Origin: Bacteroidia bacterium
GTDB lineage: Bacteria > Bacteroidota > Bacteroidia > B-17B0 > Aurantibacillaceae
DNA: 64,000 bases
Assembly (NCBI GenBank): GCA_022841465.1
Contig: JALHRL010000003.1
Location: 91,571 to 155,570 of the forward strand
Direction of reading: 5' to 3'
Shown here: piece after piece, positions 56,691-64,000 of the stretch
How the letters are laid out: every line of letters begins with the position of its first letter
How positions within the stretch are numbered: the stretch's first letter is position 1
Program-made: the position numbers and the translations under genes
Notes under the pieces: model-generated
The model's database searches: none
The model's input: the letters and a program-made list of their open reading frames with translations, nothing else
Told to the model about the DNA's origin: nothing

Positions 56691-59600
56691 TTGAAAAGAT
56701 TTTTTAAATATTTTTTTCTTCTTTGCCACTTCCTTAACCCGAATTTATACAAAGCGCAGTTAAATAATATCAAAATAATTTTACCCAAAGAAATTGGCTT
56801 TAGTTATTACGACTTTGTACAATTTTTACCAGACGAAAAACACTTTGTTGTTTGCGCTAACTCAATTGCAGTATACAATACCGAAACCTCTGAAGTAATT
56901 GACGAAGTTGAACTTGGTTACGGGGCAAGAAATTTATCAATAAGTGAAGACGGAAAATATTTTACAGTTTCTTTAAATAATGAGCTTTTTATCTTTTCCT
57001 TCATTAATCAAAAACTGGAGTTGGCTTTTAAAACTAACACCTCAGAGCTTATTAAAGATATACCCAACAGTGTTTATTATGGATCGTTGCCCATTAGCGG
57101 CTGTTTTTTTACAAAAAAACCAAATGAATTGTTCATTTCTATAGGTGCATTTACTCTTTTATATAACTTTCAAGAAAAAAAACCTATTGCGCACCATGCA
57201 TTTGAATTAAGCAACTACCTAATTCATTCTGTGCCTTATAAAAAAGAAAATGCAGCAATTTTAGCAGTGGCCAGCGGAACTAATTCTTGCTTAATTAAGC
57301 AAAACTTAAGCGCTTTAACTTCCACAACTCAAATTCTTATGAATATGGGTAACGTAACTAAATTAAAAATAAAAGATTCATTACTATTTTGTTTCACAGC
57401 AGATAAATACTTTATAATGAATCTTACCAACGGAAATATAGTTCACGAAGTTCGTGTGCCTAAAATAAAGCAAAGTACTGTTTTTAAATACGATCAAAAA
57501 TTTATTAATGAATTAAACAAACGTCCCGCTCTTTCCGTTCCAGATACCCTTAACTTTGGTGCCGATGATTACGTTTACGATATTGATTTTTTGTCAAATA
57601 ACGGACAAGCAGTATATGCTACTACAAAAGGATTAAAATTTATAGACTTAAAAACAAAGAAGCTTAAAAATTATGCATCCGGTTTTTTTATGAATTTAAA
57701 AGTCTCTCAGATAGGAAACAGAATGATTTGTAATTCATTTTCTTCAGTTAGATCATTGCGAATATATGAGCCCGAAAAAATGAAATTGATTGCAGAAAAA
57801 AGCTCTATGAGCAATTCCATCTATTCTTCTAACATGAGCCCTAATAACCGTTGGTTAATTACTTATGGCGGTACATCTGCTTACTTATGGGATCTAACAA
57901 ATTTCTCTAAATATGCTGAAATAAAAGATGTTTCCGGTAAAGATACTTCGTTTGTAAATGGTGCATTCTTTTTAAATGACTCCAATATTGTAATCAACTC
58001 GGGCACCTCTATTGACAAACTAAACCTAGCCATATACAACATTCAAAAAAAGAAATTTACAAAGATTCTTAAAAAAGGAGTTTTTGCCTTTACCTCCGGA
58101 TTTTTAAATAACGAATTTTATTATTGTGATTATACGAGCATTCATATAGTAAATTTAAAAACATTAGTAGAGGAAAAATACGAAGGCACCTTTTCATTAG
58201 CCGCTTCAAACATGTATAAGGTAATTAACTTTACCGACAACCTGGTTTTTATTCCTGGATCCGGTAAATTTAAAATACAAAACAGAAAAACAAAGCAAAC
58301 TGTATATGAAACAACTTCTTGGTCTGTTAACGCTAATATTATTTTTAGTAACGATGAAAAATATATTTATACCACAAGCCAGATAAACAAAAAGAAAAAT
58401 TTTAACGGAACGGAAATTGAAATTCCAACAAACGCTGTTGTAAAAATAGATTTAGAAAAAAAACAAATTGCGAACGATTATGCGGAAACAAACTTTCCGT
58501 ATGATTTTATTCTAAAAAATAATGGCAAAATACTTTGCGTTTGGTATGTAAAATATGATATTCAAAATTATAAGGCAGAAGAAAACATTGTAACTTATGC
58601 AGAATATGAAACGGAAAGCGCAAATGTATTGTTAGAAAAAGCATTAGCTACAACATCGTTAATAATTCCTTCTCATTTCACCAGCGAAACCGGAAAATAT
58701 TTTGCCTTGGATAATATGACCGGCTCTTTCTTAAAGGTATATGATTCAAACGGAAAAGAATTAATAGACTTAAGTAATTTAAAATACACTACTCCCAAGC
58801 TTTACTTTAATGAAAGTGTAAATAGGTTAATAGTTACAAGCCCTTTAAACTCTCTTGCTACGTTTGTTGATTTAGAAAAAAGAAAAATTATTGGTCAATT
58901 AGCCAACGCTTATGGCGATCAATATTTTTTAATTACTTCTAATTTACATTACATGGGCTCTAAAGAATTCGTAAAAAATATAAGGTTTAAACACGAATCG
59001 GAAATTTTTAGCTTCGAGCAATTTGATGCCCAATTAAACCAACCTCACCAAGTATTAAGAGCCTTTGGTTGCAGCGATTCATCTTTAATAAAAGGTTACG
59101 AAACCGCCTATTTAAAAAGAATGAAGGTGCTTGGTTTAAAGGGGACAGAAAGTTTAACTTTTAATAATTTACCTTCTTTTCAAAATGTTATAATGAATGA
59201 TGATTTAAATAACAAAGTAAAATTCTCTGTAAGCATTAATAAAGGTAAAAACCCACTTACTCTGTTAGAAGTTCATAACAACGGAAGCATCATTCATACA
59301 CAAAATATCCCGCAAGGAAGCGCAAATAAATTTGATGTTAATTTATCCTTTGAAACCACTTCCGGTATTAATAGATTTGAGTTTATAGCTAAAGATAATC
59401 AAGGTATAGAAAGTAAACGCATCACTAGATTTTATAACAATACAAATTCTGTTAAACCAAATCTATATTTGGTTGTAATTGCCAGTGAGAAGTTTAAAAA
59501 CAATAAATACGACTTGTCCTATGCCGTAAAAGATGCCAGCGATATGGCCAATACCATGTCTAATTCTAAATCCTTCAATAAAATAATTGTAAAGAAAATG

Positions 59601-60248
59601 TTTGACCAATCTTTTTCACCCGATTCCGTTTCACAGCTTCAATCCTTTTTTTCCCAATCTGGCATTAACGATGTTGCAATGGTGTTTTTTGCAGGACATG
59701 GTTATTTAGATGAAGATTTCAGCTATTATTTCCCTACCTATTATACCGATTTCACTGACCCAAAAATTAACTCAGTACCATACAACAGTTTTGAAACTTT
59801 ATTTAAAAATATGAAACCAATTAAAAAACTAATGTTTATTGATGCGTGTTTTAGCGGAGAAGTAGACGAAGAAGGAACATTAGAAAACAACTCAGGTGAT
59901 ACCACGCGTTCAACCAGATCAACTATAAGTACTTTTGCACAATCAACAGCTTTGGAAATGGCAAAAACAATATTCTCGGATTTACGCCAAAATTCGGGCG
60001 CAACCATAATCTCATCTGCCGGTGGAACCGAAGCTGCTTTTGAAGGAGAAAAATGGAATAATGGACTATTTACACATTGTGTTTTAGAAGCGTTTAAAGA
60101 ATTAAAAGCAGATTTAAATAAAGATAAAAAAATTACTTTAAGCGAATTACAAAAACATGTTTCCGACGAAGTTTATAAATTGTCGGAAGGAAAACAATCT
60201 CCAACCTACAGAACCGAAAATACCGTATTGGATTACGAACTTTGGTGA
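56691..60248 (+). CDS. Large exported(?) protein: ~900 aa of WD40-like beta-propeller repeats fused to a C-terminal caspase-like (peptidase C14, orthocaspase) domain
   Basis: 1185 aa, TTG start, signal-peptide-like MKRFFKYFFLLCHFLNPNLYKAQ. Blade-like motifs SEDGKYF, SPNNRWLIT, SNDEKYIYT and SETGKYFALD. C14 dyad context VAMVFFAGHGY (His codon 59697-59699) and LMFIDACFSGE (Cys codon 59847-59849). Confidence 0.8.
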   Translation: MKRFFKYFFLLCHFLNPNLYKAQLNNIKIILPKEIGFSYYDFVQFLPDEKHFVVCANSIAVYNTETSEVIDEVELGYGARNLSISEDGKYFTVSLNNELFIFSFINQKLELAFKTNTSELIKDIPNSVYYGSLPISGCFFTKKPNELFISIGAFTLLYNFQEKKPIAHHAFELSNYLIHSVPYKKENAAILAVASGTNSCLIKQNLSALTSTTQILMNMGNVTKLKIKDSLLFCFTADKYFIMNLTNGNIVHEVRVPKIKQSTVFKYDQKFINELNKRPALSVPDTLNFGADDYVYDIDFLSNNGQAVYATTKGLKFIDLKTKKLKNYASGFFMNLKVSQIGNRMICNSFSSVRSLRIYEPEKMKLIAEKSSMSNSIYSSNMSPNNRWLITYGGTSAYLWDLTNFSKYAEIKDVSGKDTSFVNGAFFLNDSNIVINSGTSIDKLNLAIYNIQKKKFTKILKKGVFAFTSGFLNNEFYYCDYTSIHIVNLKTLVEEKYEGTFSLAASNMYKVINFTDNLVFIPGSGKFKIQNRKTKQTVYETTSWSVNANIIFSNDEKYIYTTSQINKKKNFNGTEIEIPTNAVVKIDLEKKQIANDYAETNFPYDFILKNNGKILCVWYVKYDIQNYKAEENIVTYAEYETESANVLLEKALATTSLIIPSHFTSETGKYFALDNMTGSFLKVYDSNGKELIDLSNLKYTTPKLYFNESVNRLIVTSPLNSLATFVDLEKRKIIGQLANAYGDQYFLITSNLHYMGSKEFVKNIRFKHESEIFSFEQFDAQLNQPHQVLRAFGCSDSSLIKGYETAYLKRMKVLGLKGTESLTFNNLPSFQNVIMNDDLNNKVKFSVSINKGKNPLTLLEVHNNGSIIHTQNIPQGSANKFDVNLSFETTSGINRFEFIAKDNQGIESKRITRFYNNTNSVKPNLYLVVIASEKFKNNKYDLSYAVKDASDMANTMSNSKSFNKIIVKKMFDQSFSPDSVSQLQSFFSQSGINDVAMVFFAGHGYLDEDFSYYFPTYYTDFTDPKINSVPYNSFETLFKNMKPIKKLMFIDACFSGEVDEEGTLENNSGDTTRSTRSTISTFAQSTALEMAKTIFSDLRQNSGATIISSAGGTEAAFEGEKWNNGLFTHCVLEAFKELKADLNKDKKITLSELQKHVSDEVYKLSEGKQSPTYRTENTVLDYELW

Positions 60249-60330
60249 TTTTATAACGGCAATTTATAAGGACAAACGGTTTTGCAGCATTTACATTTAA
60301 TGTTAGATTTGTTATTCTAATATTTACAAA

Positions 60331-63300
60331 ATGAAAAAATCTGTTGCCTTTACCAGCTTAATTTTAGTTGCCTCATTATTCACCATTGCGCAAAAACAAA
60401 CCGAAACTAAAAAACCTGCTGAAAAAAAACCAATTGAAAATGAAGCAACTTATTCTGCGCTTAAATGGCGATCTATAGGTCCTGCCGTGGCCTCTGGAAG
60501 AATAAGCGATATTTTAGTTCATCCAAAAAACCAAAGTGTTTGGTATATCGCTGCTGCATCGGGTGGGGTTTTTAAAACCATTAATGCAGGAACAACTTTT
60601 GAACCCATTTTCGATAATGCTTCTGCTCATTCTGTTGGTTGTTTGGCAATGGATTATAATAACCCTAACGTAATTTGGGTGGGCAGCGGAGAAAACAACA
60701 ATCAACGCAGCGTAAGTTATGGTGATGGCGTTTATAAAAGTGAAGATGGAGGAAAATCATTTAAAAACATGGGCTTAACAAAATCTGAACACATTGGTAT
60801 GATTAAATTACATCCTAAAAATTCTGATGTGGTTTTTGTTGCTGCTTATGGTCCGGTTTGGAGCGTAGGTGGCGATAGAGGAATTTATAAAACAAATGAC
60901 GGAGGCAAAAATTGGAAAAAAGTTTTACACGTAAGTGATAACACCGGATTTAACGAAGTACATTTCGATCCCAACAATCCTGATGTATTATATGCAACAG
61001 CTCACCAACGCAGAAGACATGAGTGGACGTATATTAGCGGCGGACCTGAAAGTGCAATTTACAAAAGCACTGATGGTGGAGAAAATTGGAATAAACTTAC
61101 AAATGGTTTGCCTGCCGAAGATATGGGAAGAATTACATTGGCTATACCTCCTATGAGTTCTGATATTATTTACGCAATGATAGAAGCTGGTGAAGCAAAA
61201 GGTTTATATAAAAGCGATGATAGAGGAGCAAGCTGGAGCAAGCAAGGTAGTTTTGCAACGGCAGGTAATTATTATCAGGAAATTTTTCCGGATCCTAAAA
61301 ACGAAAACACAATTTATTCAATGGATACCTGGGCAATGGTGTCGCGCGACGGTGGAAAATCGTTTAAACAATTAGGAGAAAAACATAAGCATGTAGATAA
61401 TCATGCATTGTATGTTTTTCCAAACGACACGAAACACATGTTAATTGGTTGCGACGGCGGTTTATATGAAACATTTGACGGTGCTAAAACCTGGAACTTT
61501 AAAGCGAATTTACCTATAACACAATTTTACAGAGTTTGCACCGATAATAGTAAACCATTTTACTACGTTTACGGCGGAACACAAGACAACAACACTTTAG
61601 GCGGACCCGCAAGAACCATTAGTGCAAGTGGAATTACAAATGGAGATTGGTTTGTTACCGTTGGCGGCGATGGTTTTCAAAGTAGAGTTGACCCCAAAGA
61701 ACCAAATATTGTATACAGCCAATGGCAATATGGCGGAATTATTCGTTACGATAGAAAAACAGGTGAGCAGGTTTCTATTAAACCCATGGAAAAGCAAGGA
61801 GAAAAAGCTTTTAAATGGAATTGGGATTCGCCAATGATAATAAGTAGTTTTGATAACAAACGATTATATTTTGCAGCTAATAAAATTTTTAAAAGTGAAA
61901 ACCGTGGTGATTCATGGACTGCCATTAGCGGTGATTTAACCAGAGGTATAGACAGAAATAAATTGCCTGTTATGGGGAAAGTGTGGAGTATGGATGCCGT
62001 TGCAAAAAATCAATCTACTTCCATGTTCGGCAACATTGTTTCGTTATGTGAATCACCAAAAAATGAAAATTTACTTTATGCAGGTACCGACGATGGTTTA
62101 ATTCAGGTAACAGAAGATGGAGGAAAAACCTGGCGTAAAACAGAAAAATTCGCCAATGTTCCTGAATTAAAATTAGCCGGTTATACCATTGGAACATTTG
62201 TTCAATACATGGTGGCTTCGCAACATAATGAAAATGTAGTTTACGCAGCATTCAACAATTTACGTCAGGGCGATTTTAAACCTTATATCTGCAAAAGTTC
62301 AGATAAAGGAAAAACATGGAGCAGTATTTCCTCTAATTTACCTGAATTAGGTTCGGTATACTGCATTGCAGAAGATTATAAAAACCCGAACTTGTTGTTT
62401 TGCGGAACAGAATACGGATTTTTCTTTTCATTAAATAGTGGAAACAGTTGGACCAAAATAATAAACGGAATGCCTTCTTCTATTTCTGTTAGAGATATCT
62501 CCATTCAAAAAGATGCAAACGACTTAGTTATTGCAACATTTGGTAGAGGAATTTATGTGATGGACGATTATTCTGTTTTACAAAACATAAAAGAAGATGA
62601 TCTAAAAAAGAATACCATCTTTTCATCGCGTGATGCGTTTGTATTTATTGAAACAACCCCATACAGCCATAAAGGAAAAGCTTTTCAGGGAGAATCATTT
62701 TATACAGCAGCTAACCCACCGGTTGGGGCAAATATTTTCTTTTACTTAAATGAAGAGTATAAATCAATAAAAGATAAACGCAAAGAAGTAGAAAAAGAAA
62801 AAATAAAAAACAATCAGGCGGTTTATTACCCAAGCGCGGATAGTATTCGAATTGAAGATAATGAAATAGCACCCAATTTATTTTTATTAATTACCGATGA
62901 GCAAGGTAATGATATAAAAAAAATAAAAGTAAATTATAAAAAAGGAATGCAAAATGCTGTTTGGGATGGAAGATGCGAATTAACCTCGCCAATAAACTTT
63001 AACACACCTGATTATGATAATCCTTATTACGAAGCCGATAAAGGTGCTGCCGCAGTTCCCGGAAAATATTTTGCGCAACTCATTAAAATTACCAACGAAA
63101 AAATGGAGACTATTAGCGACAAAGTTTCTTTTAATATTAAAACCCCAAATCAAAGCACTTTACCAAGTGTTGATTTAACTAAGCAAAATGCATTAAATAA
63201 AGAAATTGCAGAATTCAGAAGAGTTGTTTTAGGCTCTAGTGATTATTTAAGTCATTTAAAAAATAGAATTAAATATTTAAATGCCGGAATTAATCAAAGC

Positions 63301-63639
63301 AACAGCAATGCAGCTTCGTTATCAAAAGATATCTCTGATTTCAATACTAAATGCAAATCACTTGAATTAGTTTTAAATGGCGATGGCAGTTTAGCGCGCA
63401 GAGAATTTGAAACATCTCTAGGTTTTATTAGCGATTTAGAAACCATGGTGTATTATACCTGGTCCCAATCGTACGGAAGTACCTCAACACTGGAAGAAAA
63501 GTTTAAAGAGTTAAAAGGATTATTTGCTGCTCACTATGCAAAAATTAAAGAATTAAAAACATTAACCGAGCAAATTGAAACCAAAGCAGAAAGTTTAAAA
63601 ATGCCTGCAACTTATGGCAGACTGCCTGAATGGAAATAA
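60331..63639 (+). CDS. Secreted BNR/Asp-box repeat protein, sortilin/VPS10-like double-propeller architecture, with a C-terminal helical region
   Basis: 1102 aa with signal peptide LILVASLFTIAQ. At least 9 Asp-box-like motifs (SEDGGKSF, TNDGGKNW, STDGGENW, SDDRGASW, SRDGGKSF, TFDGAKTW, SENRGDSW, TEDGGKTW, SSDKGKTW). Confidence 0.8.
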   Translation: MKKSVAFTSLILVASLFTIAQKQTETKKPAEKKPIENEATYSALKWRSIGPAVASGRISDILVHPKNQSVWYIAAASGGVFKTINAGTTFEPIFDNASAHSVGCLAMDYNNPNVIWVGSGENNNQRSVSYGDGVYKSEDGGKSFKNMGLTKSEHIGMIKLHPKNSDVVFVAAYGPVWSVGGDRGIYKTNDGGKNWKKVLHVSDNTGFNEVHFDPNNPDVLYATAHQRRRHEWTYISGGPESAIYKSTDGGENWNKLTNGLPAEDMGRITLAIPPMSSDIIYAMIEAGEAKGLYKSDDRGASWSKQGSFATAGNYYQEIFPDPKNENTIYSMDTWAMVSRDGGKSFKQLGEKHKHVDNHALYVFPNDTKHMLIGCDGGLYETFDGAKTWNFKANLPITQFYRVCTDNSKPFYYVYGGTQDNNTLGGPARTISASGITNGDWFVTVGGDGFQSRVDPKEPNIVYSQWQYGGIIRYDRKTGEQVSIKPMEKQGEKAFKWNWDSPMIISSFDNKRLYFAANKIFKSENRGDSWTAISGDLTRGIDRNKLPVMGKVWSMDAVAKNQSTSMFGNIVSLCESPKNENLLYAGTDDGLIQVTEDGGKTWRKTEKFANVPELKLAGYTIGTFVQYMVASQHNENVVYAAFNNLRQGDFKPYICKSSDKGKTWSSISSNLPELGSVYCIAEDYKNPNLLFCGTEYGFFFSLNSGNSWTKIINGMPSSISVRDISIQKDANDLVIATFGRGIYVMDDYSVLQNIKEDDLKKNTIFSSRDAFVFIETTPYSHKGKAFQGESFYTAANPPVGANIFFYLNEEYKSIKDKRKEVEKEKIKNNQAVYYPSADSIRIEDNEIAPNLFLLITDEQGNDIKKIKVNYKKGMQNAVWDGRCELTSPINFNTPDYDNPYYEADKGAAAVPGKYFAQLIKITNEKMETISDKVSFNIKTPNQSTLPSVDLTKQNALNKEIAEFRRVVLGSSDYLSHLKNRIKYLNAGINQSNSNAASLSKDISDFNTKCKSLELVLNGDGSLARREFETSLGFISDLETMVYYTWSQSYGSTSTLEEKFKELKGLFAAHYAKIKELKTLTEQIETKAESLKMPATYGRLPEWK

Positions 63640-63661
63640 AAAATTAATCTGTCAATTTTTG

Positions 63662-63690
63662 AAAGAGCTTAGTACACAACTAAGCTCTTT
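63662..63690. terminator. Possible hairpin terminator between convergent genes (weak U-tracts). It overlaps the thiolase stop codon.
   Basis: aaagagcttag-tacacaa-ctaagctcttt gives an 11-bp stem. The flanking T-runs are poor, so function is uncertain. Confidence 0.35.
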
Positions 63691-64000
63691 CTATTATAAC
63701 TGCATAGCCTTGCCCTACTCCAATGCACATGGTTGCTAGCGCGTATCTTTTGTTGGTAATTTGTAATTGAATGGCAGCAGATAATAAAATTCTGGCGCCG
63801 CTCATTCCTAAAGGATGACCCAATGCAATGGCACCTCCGTTTGGATTTATTCGCTCATCATTATCTGCTAAACCCCATGAACGAGTGCAACCTAGTGCTT
63901 GTGCAGCAAACGCCTCGTTTAATTCAATAATATCCATATCCTTAAAAGTTAAACCGGCACGTTTTAAAGCTTTGTTGGCAGCCTCAACAGGACCAATACC
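63680..64000 (-). CDS. Acetyl-CoA C-acyltransferase (thiolase), C-terminal fragment (5' end lies outside the window)
   Basis: Open to the right edge. Thiolase C-terminal signatures NPNGGAIALGHPLGMSGARIL and MCIGVGQGYAVIIE. Confidence 0.85.
   Translation of the reverse strand, partial: GIGPVEAANKALKRAGLTFKDMDIIELNEAFAAQALGCTRSWGLADNDERINPNGGAIALGHPLGMSGARILLSAAIQLQITNKRYALATMCIGVGQGYAVIIERA

Overview
AT-rich, gene-dense chromosomal window with clear Bacteroidota character. Evidence: four proteins with T9SS C-terminal sorting domains, TAnnTTTG-type -7 promoter boxes, many lipoprotein and AQ-type signal peptides, and a PorX-like regulator. I call about 48 protein genes, one tRNA(CAT) and several rho-independent terminators. 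I found no rRNA, CRISPR array, transposase, integrase or prophage signature, and no sharply bounded accessory island. Content by position: (i) 0.2-9.5 kb holds a TonB-dependent receptor, an SF1 Upf1/IGHMBP2-like helicase, a fatty-acid-hydroxylase-family membrane protein and a 1351-aa glycine-rich, Ig-repeat adhesin with a type B T9SS domain. (ii) 12-16.8 kb holds prfC and two SurA-like chaperone genes. (iii) 16.8-26.6 kb holds a divergent envelope and LPS biogenesis cluster (flippase, methyltransferase, three glycosyltransferases, LptF/G-family permease, OstA-like protein). (iv) 26.6-32.2 kb holds a divergent pair of T9SS-secreted metalloproteases (M4 thermolysin-like and a metzincin-like enzyme). 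(v) 33.3-39.8 kb holds a tetR-tolC-mfp-RND efflux operon. (vi) 39.9-45.6 kb holds an M23 peptidase, an O-antigen-ligase-like protein, tsaE, a PorX-like receiver-PglZ regulator and a SAMHD1-like HD dNTPase. (vii) 45.7-49.1 kb holds four tandem exported PPIase genes, including a cyclophilin-FKBP fusion and a GldI-like lipoprotein. (viii) 49.2-50.8 kb holds nth overlapping a bcp peroxiredoxin with a histone-H1-like lysine-rich N-terminal extension, followed by the tRNA. (ix) 50.9-56.6 kb holds an SCO copper-chaperone pair, an outer-membrane (OM) barrel, a T9SS cargo protein and an Nramp-Usp fusion. (x) 56.7-63.6 kb holds a 1185-aa signal-peptide-bearing WD40-like/caspase (C14) protein followed by a 1102-aa BNR/sortilin-like propeller protein. 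The window ends in a thiolase fragment. The items most worth follow-up are the exported repeat-fused caspase-like protease (possibly paired with the sortilin-like gene), the Lys-rich Bcp with two-frame overlap with nth, and the PPIase array. None of these is proven to be a new system from sequence alone. All functional calls rest on motifs I read in the translations, not on database searches.
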